Below, piece by piece: positions 24,916 to 37,485 of a DNA stretch of 64,000 nt. Position numbers and translations under genes: made by a program. The DNA comes from Antedon mediterranea (lineage: Eukaryota; Animalia; Echinodermata): NCBI RefSeq assembly GCF_964355755.1, contig NC_092672.1, forward strand, positions 3,348,001 to 3,412,000, given 5' to 3'. The notes below the pieces were generated by a model. It saw only the letters and a program-made list of their open reading frames with translations. It did not search any database and had not been told where the DNA came from. Each line of letters opens with the position of its first letter. Position 1 is the stretch's first letter.

Positions 24916-25051
24916 AGCTCTGTCTACACTATCAAACTAGTCTTACAAAAATAGTGTGATGTGCCCAAATATGGTAGTGATATGACATCATCATGTCCAT
25001 TTATGGGCACATCACTTTTTTTGTGACAAAGTTTGATAGTGTAGAGTAGCT
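24916..25051. mobile_element. Harbinger-type MITE, family A, downstream of the SMG6 stop
   Basis: Family TIRs; TAA/TTA flanks. Confidence 0.85.
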
Positions 25052-25883
25052 TTAGAGTGACTGATTTTAAAGTAGTCATTTTTTTCAGACAAATGATCAA
25101 TTATAAACTTGTTGAAAAGGAAATAGTAAAAGTTTACAATAGATTAGTATCTAAATGCAATAGGAACTGCTAAAATAATTATAAGTACTAATAAACACAT
25201 TTGTTAAATGGTGGCTTGTTAACATATTTAACAGATTTAGAAGTTTTGAAAATTCAAAGAAGTAATAAATATGTGACGTTTTAATCATTGATTTGTAAAA
25301 GTAATTAAAAAATGTTTTAAATGCGTTTGAAGCCAACAGAATAGCAGAATAAGACCTGTAAGTACAAGGAACGAAACAGAAAATAAAATTACAAATAGGT
25401 TATGTATTTTACTAGAGTAACCGTTTCAGTTTGTTTAATTTTTTTTTTTATAAAGAAATTTGTCGTTAAAATATATTATAACTTTTACAAGCACCTTGTT
25501 TGATTTTAACTGTACACTAAAAAGTTAATTTTTTTTTTTTTTGCATTTTGCAAAACAAAATTAACATTTTTAAATAGTATATCACATTTTTTATAGATAT
25601 TTTTTGCTATAGTTTATGATAAACTATGTTGGACTATTTTACTGTGTAAACAAAATAAATAATTTAAAGTTAAAATACAAATTTGTTTTATTTGATATGT
25701 ATTCTACTGCAGTACCTACTTGTTTCACTGCAGTAATGTATGATTTTATTTGATTGCTTGAATGAAGCAGTCACAGCAATAAACAATGTGTATTTGTATT
25801 TAAAAATAAAGCATGCTAAATAATTGCATAAACAGGTTTTTACTTCAGTAACTGCAGTAGAATAATGTTGACATTGTCCTGTA

Positions 25884-26062
25884 AGCGTGGTTCCCACTAG
25901 CGACGCAACACAAGGACTTAATGCAACGCAAGTGAATTGACCAATCACAAGCGATGGCTTATTCGCTTGTGATTGCTAACTGTCTATAACTTTGCTTGTC
26001 ATTGGTTAAAACGCTTGCGTTGCGTTTACGTCCTTGCGTTACGTTCTAGTAGGAACCAAGCT
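25884..26062. mobile_element. Harbinger-type foldback MITE, family C
   Basis: AGCGTGGTTCCCACTAG.GACGCAAC.CAAGGAC / GTCCTTGCGTTACGTTCTAGTAGGAACCAAGCT; palindromic over nearly its whole length. Confidence 0.8.
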
Positions 26063-26864
26063 TTACTACACTACAAAAAAAACCTTTTTGAAGATTTTGG
26101 GGTTTATTTTGTGCCCATAATACCAATGTTACCAAACTTTTTTAAATTAGTTTCAAACGTGCAGTTAAAAATGTGTACTTTGTATATTAATTTGTGAACT
26201 GTGGTTTTGTTTAAACTTGTTTTTGGTTTAAATTTGTTTTTGGTTTAAATTTGTTGTTGTTTCACTGCTAGTCCTAAATTAGTGGTGAATGAAATCACTT
26301 ACTTTATAAACCCAAAATTGGATTAGTGTACATTCCAAGTTTAATTTGATGGTACATAATGAAATACCCCTATAGTGTTGTAAATACTATAGGCCTACAC
26401 AAGTTTGTATATATTAAATATCAGTACAGTGTTGCAAAATGTTAATAAACATTATTTTAGTTATTTATGGAAACTGTTGTTTTTTAATGTTGTTCGTTTC
26501 CACCAATGATATCATGATTTAATGTCACATGACTTCTTTTGTTAAATTGTTGACACTTTACTGTCAACACAATAGCTTTTATTGTAAAATTGTATAATGA
26601 TGTCAGCTTAATAATAGGGCATTGTAGTTATTGTATTTTTCAAGTCTATAGACTTACCTTTAGTAAACCTTATCTACAGATGCATATTGAAGTGACTGCA
26701 TCTCTACATATATCATCAACATCATTTATAAACATACACAAATATCAAACATAAAACTCCCCCCCCCCCCCCCAATATACACCAACATTTATATTGTAGT
26801 GTACACTGTTACCACATGAGTCCATGTCACATATTTATTTATTCTGTACTGATATAAATACCAT

Positions 26865-27175
26865 ATATAATCCCAGGCTCATGTGTAATTCCACCCCCTA
26901 ACTTAGGCTATATTTTATACCCCAAGCCCCTTTGTCACACTCAAATGTAATCCCACCCCCTAATTTAGACTACATTTTATATCCCAAGCCCCTTTGTCAT
27001 ACTCGAATGTAATCCCACCCCCTAATTTAGGCTATATTTTATACCCCAAGCCCCTTTGTCACACTCGAGTGTAATTCGACCCCCTAATTTAGTCTACATT
27101 TTATACCCCAAGCCCCTTTGTCATACTCGAATGTAATCCCAGTCCCTACTTTAGGCTACATTTTATACCCCTTTG
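26865..27175. repeat. ~60-bp minisatellite, ~5 copies
   Basis: TGTAATCCCACCCCCTAATTTAGGCTACATTTTATACCCCAAGCCCCTTTGTCAYACTC repeated. Confidence 0.9.
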
Positions 27176-27772
27176 TTATACAGTATATGGTTAAAGTAGG
27201 TCATATACATTACCTCAACGAGGAAGTAAATATTACATACCTGAGTAATTTTTTTATATCAAATTTCTGTAACTCTTTGAAAGAACTTATTATTATTATT
27301 TTCTGCTTTCATTTCCTTATGTGAACTGGCTTGGATAACCAACTTCCTGTTGCGATTTATGTAATATTTCTTAGTTTTGGAAAATTTGAGCTACTATTGA
27401 TTATAGAAAGGTAATTATATTTATTTTCCTAATTCTGAATTCATGTTTTTTATCACATCACCATCATGTTGCATTTGTTTAATATAAATACATACATTTA
27501 TATATTATATAAATACATGTTTATTTTCCTTCTATTGGTGTCTAAATTGTTTGAATCCAACCCTAGCCATCAGCTTAAGTTTGGTGGTCTCGAGATATGC
27601 ATGCCAGGCTAGTGATCTGGAGGTCATGTGTTCAAGAATTTTCTTCTTTTTTTTGTATAAAGTCAGAGTAAGTAAACACATGTATGTAAATTATTACTGT
27701 ACGTATACATACTTACTGTTTTCATTGTTATGATTTTGTACCTCTTTAGATTTCAAATTTTAAAAATAAAAC

Positions 27773-30594
27773 ATGGGGAAAGACTGTGACCAGACTACTA
27801 CAGTGGCCCCAACACCAGCAGGTAAATAGAAAATGAGTGGAAACATTGTATTTTTATTTTGAATACCTCATGTAACTATACATTGTCATTGTCAAAATCT
27901 TGTGTTTATTATTATTTACTAAAACCAGTATAATTCTATGTTGTAATAAATGGCTATTATGAATAGGCTATTTTCTTATACATAGTATACAGTAAGATTA
28001 AAGGGGAACTCCCGGGTTTAAGTTTCTATTGATCAATATCAATGATAAACCCGGAGCTACCCTTTAAGAATAACCACCTGAAGGATCATATACCTTGTTT
28101 CCGTAGATGTTATTATAAATCTTTCAAATCATATTATTATTGTTTCAGAGTCTTCTCCTGCAATAACTGTTTTATCCATAATTTTCATTTCTATGGGATG
28201 TTTATACTGTCTTTATGTCTTGTTCAAACTGATAGTATGGCTTTCTAAGTTCAAGAAAAGAAAACAGAATAGAGGTATGTGTAAACTTAATTATCAACCT
28301 TGTAGTCTCCCTTTAAAAAGATTTAAAACCATTAATAATTAATTGATTATTATTATTACCATAGTATTATCAGTTAAATAAGTGCTGCTGGCATATAAGC
28401 ACCACAATTAAATAAGTGCTGCTGGCCTATATGCACCACAATTAAATAAGTGCTGCTGGCATATAAGCACCACAATTAAATAAGTGCTGCTGGCATATAA
28501 GCACCACAATTAAATAAGTGCTGCTGGCATATAAGCACCACAATTAAATAAGTGCTGCTGGCCTATATGCACCACAATTGAATAAGTACTGTTGGCATAT
28601 GAAGCACCACAATTAAATAAGTGCTGCTGGCCTATATGCATCACAATTGAATAAGTCCTGATGTCATATAAGCACCACTGTTGAATAAGTGCTGCTGGCC
28701 TATATGCATCACAATTGAATAAGTCCTGATGTCATATAAGCACCACTGTTGAATAAGTGCTGCTGGCCTATATGCATCACAATTGAATAAGTCCTGATGT
28801 CATATAAGCACCACTGTTGAATAAGTGCTGCTGGCCTATATGCACCACAATTGAATAAGTACTGCTGACATATTAGCACCACAATTGAATAAGTCCTGAT
28901 GTCATATAAGCACTGCTGTTGAATTATCGTTTCCCATATCTGTAAGTTGTTGTGTTTCATTCATTAGAAAAGATAGAGGGATATACCGAAGAATGTGATG
29001 GATGTCAAAAGATGAAGTATTTTTGCGCATGTGACAAAAAAAAAGATGATCAGCACATTGATGACAAAACTTCTCCAAGTGAAACTACTGCCATTGGATT
29101 TGATAATAATCTTAGTTACATCAAAGAAGAAGATGAAATGGAAGAGGAAAAAGCAGAAGAAGCCATAGTTGGACTTGAAGGTAAATAAATCCGATTTTGG
29201 CAAACTCCCCCGGATCCCTACACATCCCCTCCCCCCCCCCTCCTACCAGGTGATCAATAATGTTATACTGTTTTTAATAGACTTTGTTTACATTGTATGC
29301 TGTGCTTTAGCATTTATAATATTATTGATGGCTTTACTGCATTTTATTTAGTGACAAATATCCGTGGTCACGGTTTGAGGGCCGATAATTTTTTATAAAT
29401 AATGGAAACAGAAGATAGCATTATAATATCCTATTGATACGTTTTGCTTATCTGGAGTCTTTTCTTTTTTTATATGACCATAAATTAATATTAGTTTAAA
29501 CAATTCTCTGCGTTTTTTTACTTTTCCCCCGATTGTTAAATGTTGAATTGAAAGTATATAAATAGATACAGAGGCACTTTGGCAGTTCAACAATGTATTG
29601 TTGAAAAGGTAGTATTAATATTTGAAACATCATTGTTCAAGAATGAATTGCAATTTTTTAAAAGACCTTTAAAGATTCCCTAGTTTTGTATCTATATAAG
29701 TCTCATGAGTGTAGCACTATTTTATTTTCAATTACCTTTTTACATTATTTTTACTATATATAGTGGAGCATTAGCTTGGTGGTTAACGTGCTTGCCTTCC
29801 AATCCAAGGTCCAATCCTGACCTAGTGCCGGGTTGTAAATCTCAACTTTTTCAACTCCACTCCCTAAGCCTCAAATGAGACTTAGTTTATAAGGACAATA
29901 AATTATTAAATAGTTTATTCATCCCGCAATTGGCGAGTTACTTGCTGTTGGATGCGTCTGAAATGGAAAAAATAAAAAAACTCTTCACCCTATGTTTCTC
30001 CTTTGTTTACTGTTGCTATAGTATACAATTAGTATCAAGAAACACTATAAATGTTAGGGCCTGGCTTTCAACAGGCCTTGATTTTGTACCCTCTACATTA
30101 TTATTATTATTATTCCTACCTTATTAGCACTAACTAACTTAATTGTTTAACTTTTACACTATATGATTAACGTTCGTCTCACATTTTAAGACTTAGTTTA
30201 TAAGGACAATAAATTATTAAATAGTTTATTCATCCCGCAATTGGCGAGTTACTTGCTGTTGGATGCGTCTGAAATGGAAAAAATAAAAAAACTCTTCACC
30301 CTATGTTTCTCCTTTGTTTACTGTTGCTATAGTATACAATTAGTATCAAGAAACACTATAAATGTTAGGGCCTGGCTTTCAACAGGCCTTGATTTTGTAC
30401 CCTCTACATTATTATTATTATTATTCCTACCTTATTAGCACTAACTAACTTAATTGTTTAACTTTTACACTATATGATTAACGTTCGTCTCACATTTTAA
30501 CATTAATACTAATTACCATTAGTATTCTTCTATTACTGTAGAAGATTCAAATTACAATGTGGACAACACACAAAGCAGAGAGGAAATCAAATAA
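27773..30594 (+). CDS. Uncharacterised single-pass (type III-like) membrane protein, 146 aa, or 186 aa if TAA 30592-30594 is bypassed. Exons 27773-27821, 28149-28274, 28968-29180, 30542-30594(30714)
   Basis: Four exons joined by phase-1 GT-AG introns: MGKDCDQTTTVAPTPA|ESSPAITVLSIIFISMGCLYCLYVLFKLIVWLSKFKKRKQNR|EKIEGYTEECDGCQKMKYFCAC...acidic tail. AATAAA at ~30716; possible 5'-UTR donor at 27411. Confidence 0.7.
28002..28063. mobile_element. 62-bp Kolobok-like mini-MITE
   Basis: TTAA-AGGGGAACTCCCGGGTTTA ... TAAACCCGGAGCTACCCT-TTAA. Confidence 0.6.
28372..28925. repeat. 34-bp minisatellite, ~16 copies, with two alternating variants in the 3' half
   Basis: TAAATAAGTGCTGCTGGCATATAAGCACCACAAT and the variant GAATAAGTCCTGATGTCATATAAGCACCACTGTT. 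Confidence 0.92.
29763..29880 (+). mobile_element. Degenerate tRNA-derived SINE fragment
   Basis: TAGCTTGGTGGTTAACGTGCTTGCCTTCCAATCC...CAATCCTGACCTAGT; a related fragment lies at ~19620-19690. Confidence 0.5.
29878..30499. repeat. Exact 311-bp tandem duplication (29878-30188, 30189-30499)
   Basis: Two identical 65-aa ORFs lie 311 bp apart, and the units appear identical by eye. Confidence 0.92.
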
Positions 30595-30979
30595 AATACA
30601 GAAGAGGGAGTAACAGCAAATGATTCAACCATCGATACAACAGACGATGTTCAAGTAGCTGATACTAAATTTGTTGCCCCTATCTTAGAAAATGTTGATA
30701 GTTCTGTTGCATAAAAATAAATGAATAATTAAATAAAGGAAAATCATGTTATTACATGCTGCAAAGAGGCCATTATCCCAGCGGAATTTATTACACAATG
30801 TATATATTTACTACTGGTACCGTATTAATATTGGTGGTTTCTGTAGGTGTCGTAGACTTAGGCCTAAACTATATGGAAATAGTTAATTTAATTTTAAATA
30901 TGGTCAACATTTTTGTAAATCAAACCTGATGCCACCTCTTTGGTTACATGTTTTTAATTTAATTATCAACTACTAATGT

Positions 30980-31364
30980 CAGGGGCGGACGCAGGGGTGT
31001 TGCCCCAGTTGCCCGGGCAACACCCTTAATTTCATGCTAAATGTTTTTTGCTGCCACTAAATTAAAATTTAGATCCCACTTCATCATAGGCATATATTAA
31101 CCATTAATGTCGTTATAGAAGTCCAGTGTTGGAAGGGTCTATATGTAAATTGACTGACTGCAGCATAAAATTAACCGCGCACAATTTAACGGCGGTCAGT
31201 GGGTAATCCGGTCAGTGGATTTTTTTTCTTCATTTCTCTACGTCCGTAAAATTAGGCAGAATTTCCGTAGTAATTACAAACCTGTGGCGTCATAAATGCT
31301 TGGTTTCTATTATGGCCCTGGACTCTTGGTCAACCCCCTTAAAATAGTCCTGCGACCGCCCCTG
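30980..31364. mobile_element. hAT-like MITE
   Basis: CAGGGGCGGACGCAGG ... CCTGCGACCGCCCCTG TIRs; the TSD is not intact. Confidence 0.75.
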
Positions 31365-31884
31365 ATGTAAAATAATAAAATGTTTGACATTTTTTGATAT
31401 TGTCTGTTAGCAATTGTCAGGAGACATAGTGACGTGTTCGGTCGGCTAATTGTCTGTCGGCCAGTTGTACCGTGTTGGTTATTAAATTGTATTCTATTCC
31501 ATTTTCCTGTTTGTTTTGTTATGTATTATTTTGTGTTTCGATTTTAAAATAAGAATTTCAATGAAATGAAAATGGTATTACACAAAATTCTCGAATTAAG
31601 CCTTATATTAATTATCCGATTTTCCAGTAGCAATTCAGATTTTCTAAATAAAAAAAAAGTTTTGTAAACTTCTTGTCGATAGAGGGCTTAGTACAAAATG
31701 TACGTCAACAAAAGCATGTGAAAAATTCAAGAAGTCGGTATATTTTTACGTACACTCTGGGATTTTGGTTTTGATTTAAATTACCTTAGGATACTCTACA
31801 GCTACAGTATATATATGTAAGTAATTAATTATGCAACATGTGAATCACTTTTCATAGTTGAATCATAAAAATGTTTAGCCCTAA

Positions 31885-32235
31885 TAGACCTAGCTAGCCT
31901 AGCCTAGCCTTACTTAAAAGAAAAAGGCCTAGCCTAGCTAGGCCTAGCCTAGGCCTACTATATGCTAGGCCTTGCCTTCCTAGCTGGAGGTCCTAACCTA
32001 TCTATAATCCTAGGCCTAAAAAGGCCGGCAGGCCTAGGCCTGGCCCTAGCTAGAAAAGCTAGGCCTGACTGGCTACTAGGCCTAGGCCTTTAATACCTGG
32101 ATATTACTACCTAGCTACCTAACTAACTAGCTAGTTAGGCCGAGAGGACTACCTAGTACTAGTAGAAGTAGTAGGCATTCCTAAATATCAAACTAAAGCA
32201 AGGCCTAGTAGGCCTACCTAGGCCTAGACTAGATA
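31885..32235. repeat. Low-complexity tract of CTAG and AGGCCT palindromes
   Basis: Dense CCTAG, CTAGG, AGGCCT and TAGCTA words. Confidence 0.8.
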
Positions 32236-33860
32236 GATCCTCTCCCGGTCGGTCATCAGATGATCAGGTACTATTACTAAATACTATACACCGAAAGCAA
32301 CCGATTCGAAAGAAGAGTGCAATGGTGAGATTGCCAACAATCGGCAACAACGCGATGTACAGTAGGGTCTCGCTGCTTGGCATCACCTCCTACACAAAAA
32401 AAAATCCTGCGGCAGAATACAAGGTAAGATCGATGTATAAATAGGATAAAGTTAGATAAAAAGATTGATTTAAAAACAGCCGTTTGTACTTCAGTTTTAT
32501 TTCAGCAGCACACACATGGACAGTGAAACGTACTGGTTTTAACAAAATATTTTTTTAATTAATTATATTTATTGTACTGCATGCACTTTCAAATTTTATT
32601 AAATGGTGATAAAATGAATTATATTACTTATATTTTCACAGTTTAAAAAAACTTTTATTTATTTATTAAAAATTTGGCACACATTTAGCCCAAGAGGAAA
32701 CCATGGGCCAATGGCCCAACACAGAAATGCTGAACCCCCCCCCCCCCTAAACTGTTGTAATTTTAAAGTAGAAAACATACCGTAACAGTGTAGGTAGTTA
32801 ATTTTCAACATTTTATAGGCATGTAAAACATTTCATCTTGTACTGGTACTATGGTAGCATTTTTACTAATAAGAGTAGTACTCAGTAAATTAGACATAAT
32901 TTTGTTAATTTTTAACAAAGTTTGGATTCTGTTTGGCATTATAATGGTATTATTTAGCGTAGAAGTTACAATACAGTATTTAACAAATATAAAGTATGTT
33001 TAAAATAATTATTTTCAATAATTTAAGGAAAACAATAAATTAAAAAATTAAATTGTGAATAAAATATATTTATTATTACACAATGATTTGAGTTTGTATG
33101 CTATAATGTTACAGTATATGTTATTAAATTTTTTGCAAATGATAGGCATGTTTATTTGTATAGGTACAACTTTAAGCTGGATAAAGCAAGAAACATGATA
33201 ATGACCTTTGTCCTAAATACCTAGAACTATAAAAGATATAGTCCATACTGTACAATCACCAGATACCAGATCAAATACCACCAATGTGCTTGCATAATTT
33301 TATTCATCCTGACCTGAAAAGTGTTTCCCAATATGATCGACTCTATCGCACCAAAAGTGGATGCATCACAGAAACAAAACAATAATATCAATCTGCATAC
33401 CGGTAGGTATTTATAGCTGGCTGCTTAAATTATTAAAAATAAAAATAGACTTATTTTTAACATTTTGAAAAGAAATCTTGATTATCGCAATATGTTCATA
33501 TAGAATTATTTTTAAAAAAAAATATAGTCTGTGGCCTTAAAATAGACTAGAAAAATGTAGGAAAAGTGTCTATTTCAAACATTATACATACATTATAATT
33601 ATAAATATGTGATAAAAAAGAGAATAAAAAAGTAGAAAAGAACATTAAAAAATAATAAATAAATAAATATACCTAGTAGTATTCGGATATGGGATAAAAA
33701 GCAAATATGCATATTATGGAAATATGTAAAATCATAACACAGATTATAATAATAATATTTGATATTTAGTGTACAGGAACATCTATCCTTCTTTATGCCG
33801 CATAGAGTAGGAAACCTGAGAATGAACAAAATCCATCAGGATCACTTGAGTAATAGTTAT

Positions 33861-36530
33861 TAGTCCAGTCAAAAATCACCCTCACCATGGTATAAGAACG
33901 TACCCTAATAAAATTTCATCCGTAGGTTCTACGTATATAGGTAATAACATTTCTTGATGTTGCGTCTTGCAAAACTTGGGATTTTACGAGAAAATTAGAC
34001 TTTTATACCCAATTTATAACCGCCTCATGTCGTATTATTGTATACAGCGAATGCGACGAAGCGTGACTGAAATTACGAGACGCCGTTAGCGCCCGTTGAA
34101 AAATGCATTAACAAAGCTAAAAACCTACAAAGACTAATAGTTTATACAATGATTTAAATATAGTTTACAATAAATTGTATAATAAAATACATAACATATA
34201 GAGAAAACTCAAATATAAACTAAAATATTTACAGATATGTGTTTAAAAATGTACAAATCAAAATGGCCTTCCATAAAATAAAGTGCGCCCTCACGAGTCA
34301 TACTTTTATCGGACTTGTGTGGAATGGTTATACAAGGCATTAATATACGAAACCCGATGCGATTTGTTAGTTATTGCCTCTGCAAGAGGCAGAATATTAT
34401 ATTTTCACAAATATATTTCTATTTTTTATCATGGAAAAAAGGATTGTATATTTAAACACATTACAACCTCCAGTCTACCATCATGATGGATTAAGTGAAT
34501 TGCGCCGTATTGTATATTTGCTAAAGCGTAATAATGATCTCCTAGTTATCTACCTAGTTTTATTCTGGACATTCTTTTTTTTTACAGCATTACTTGCGTG
34601 GATATCACAATGCATTGTATATTCGCGATTATAGTCAATGTTAATTTGAGTAAGAATCATTATTATATGACAGTCCATTTCGCGTATACGATTTAAATGA
34701 ATAAAGTCGTCTGAAATATTTTCTTATTGGTTATCCGCAACAAAGTTAATCCTTGTGATTGTTAGTTTTGTTTAAGTTTCTTTGAATTGATTCATCCATA
34801 TCGTATGATGTGTGAGACAATTTCGTCTTTTAGAAAATGTAATCCTGCCACCGAATATTCTTTATGTTCGAGACGTCTGACGGATAACTGTGTTATTCTT
34901 TTACGTTTAATTAACTAATCTTCATCTTCACTTTTTGGGACAATAGCCTACATCTTTTAAGTTTAAAACGTCATTTATAAGCAATTGATTAAGCCAACAA
35001 ATTAAACTACAGTGTTCTTCCAAGCTTTATAAATATTATTCAAATTCATTAAAATGCGTCGGACTCGGCGGAAAACAATATTTGAAATAAATGCATATAA
35101 AAAGTTTTTTGTGGACTTTACTTTCTCGTCCCAAGTTAGAACTTTCAGGTCAGGCCGTGGAGGTGAACCAATCGTTTATGACATGCTTTTGTGTATAAAA
35201 TGTCCAATAATAATTATCATTGTAGGACTACTCTCCACCAAAAAAACTTTATATTAGAATGTATTTATTACGTCACGTCTTAAAAAAAGGAGAATTGGGA
35301 AATACAGTATGTTGTCGTTTCTCGCGAATCTTACATCACACTCCCACATCTCACTCTCTTTTATTTAGTGAAATGTGAATGGTGGAAAAACGGGAAAATA
35401 CGTTAACTTTAGAAAACTTTGAATTCTGGAAGACGACTTCGAACTTAAAGAATCGTCATGAATGACGTTTATTGGCTCAAACTTCACACATCGGTACGAT
35501 GTGGAGGCCAGACGGATTCAGAGAGGATCAAACCGGCAACTCCTCCTCATTGGCAGTGGGGGAAGTGGTTGGTGGCGGCGGGTGAAAAGGGAAAATGAAA
35601 AATGTTGATTTAGACGAATCCCGACCAGCCCCTTTGATACCCTCTAAATAATTGTAGGAAAGTGAAAGGCCTACTTGAGGTAGTATCTTTCGTATAGGCC
35701 TACGCGTAATTGATTATCCTTAAATGATTGGTTCTTACTCTAATTAAGATTATAATCGCGAATGGCAGTTCAAAATATGCAATGCATTGTGATATCCACG
35801 CAAGGAATGCTGTGGAAACAAAAATGTCCAAAATAAAACCAGCAGAACTAGGAAATCATTACGCTCCAGCAGATATACAAATATACACTTTATCCATCAT
35901 GATGGTATACTGGAGGTTGTAATGTGTTTAAATATATACAATCCTTTTTTCCATGATAAAAAATATAAATAAATTTGTGAAAATAAAATATTCTGCCTCT
36001 TGCGCAAAAAAAGGCAATAACTAATAAACCGCATCGGGTTTCGTACATTTATGCCTTGTATAACCATTCATATACAAGTCCGATAAAAGTATGACTTGTG
36101 AGGGCGCACTTTATTTTATGGAAGGCCATTTTGATTTGTACATTTTTAAACACATATCTGTAAATATTTTAGTTTATATTTAAGTTTTCTCTATATGTTA
36201 TGTATTTTATTATACAATTTATTGTAAACTATATTTAAATCATTGTATAAACTATTAGTTTTGTAGGTTTTTAGCTTTGTTAATGCATTTTTCAACGGGC
36301 GCTAACGGCGTCTCGTAATTTCAGTCACGCTTCGTCGCATTCGCTGTACACAATAATACGACATGAGGTGGTTATAAATTAGGTATAAAAGTCTAATTTT
36401 CTCGTAAAATCCCAAGTTTTGCAAGACGCAACATCAAGAAATGTTAATACCTATATACATAGAACCTACGGGTGAAATTTTATTAGGGTACGTTCTTATA
36501 CCATGGTGAGGGTGATTTTTGACTGGACTA
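33861..36530. mobile_element. 2670-bp non-autonomous DNA transposon with ~640-bp TIRs and a 3-bp TSD (Academ-like)
   Basis: TAGTCCAGTCAAAAATCACCCTCACCATGG... at 33861 and its reverse complement ending at 36530. Arms ~33861-34498 and ~35886-36530; TAT duplicated; no transposase ORF. Confidence 0.9.
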
Positions 36531-37394
36531 TATAGGTTGTACTAATTGGTTCAGTCCATACTTCATCACCTGATACTAGATCAAGTACCACCATTGTGCT
36601 TGCAGAACTATACAAACTCTCATTACTTGTTCTTGTGGATACTTGCACAATATCATTTTTCATGACTTTTGTTGCAATTGGACGATTACTACCATCTTTC
36701 CTTGATGTCACCTGGAATACATAAACACCTGGAATTGTACAAACAAATTTGCCCGTTTCATTGTTGTAGTCATTTCCCACGTTTGTAATTATTGTGTCGT
36801 ACATTAATAGACCGGTAACGCGACCTGGGTTGAATTTAAAAACTGCTGTAAAAGCAGATTTCTGCCGACTAGCCTGTTCACCTTTTTCTCCCTTTATATT
36901 ATTTACACCTGGTAGCCCAATGATACCTTGAGGTCCAGTTGGTCCCATTTTACCAGGAATTCCACGTAACCCTATGCTTCCTCCATCTCCCTTTTCTCCT
37001 TTAAGGCCTTGTAGTCCTTTCATTCCTTGTGCTCCTTTCATTCCTTGTGCTCCTTTCATTCCTTGTTCTCCATGTATTCCTTGTTCTCCTTTCACTCCAT
37101 TTACTCCTTGTGGCCCTGATGCACCTGAATTGCCATTATGTCCTGGAACACCAGGAATCCCAGGTGTACAACAGCTATTACAAGCTCCAGAGTTGACAGT
37201 TTGAGCTGCTGACTTGGTTGTTTGGATGACAACAAGTAGTTTTATTGCAGTTATAAGAAACATGTTTAATCTAAAAATTCAATAAAATTTATACAATACA
37301 ATACAATTTCTTTTTTTATTATAAATCATATCAAGATTATTCTAACTGCAGTTATTGCTGCCTAAATGTTATTACGGTGACTGTAATAATGTAA

Positions 37395-37485
37395 AGCTCT
37401 TTCCACACTATCAAACTTTATGTGTCAAATATGTGAAGTGCACATATATGGAGGACATTATGATGGGAACATCACACTAGTTTGC
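37395..37485. mobile_element. Harbinger-type MITE, family A, degenerate fragment
   Basis: TAA-AGCTCTTTCCACACTATCAAACTTTATGTG. Confidence 0.55.

Noticed and set aside
28372-28925. CRISPR-like array of 34-bp partly palindromic repeats
   Set aside because: The units are contiguous with no unique spacers, there are no cas genes, and the context is a eukaryotic intron.
29930-30438. Two identical 65-aa genes
   Set aside because: They are a by-product of the intronic 311-bp duplication, with non-ATG starts.
34500-35885. Transposase in the long-TIR element or in the hAT at 46213-48074
   Set aside because: Only short ORFs without recognisable DDE or other domains are present.
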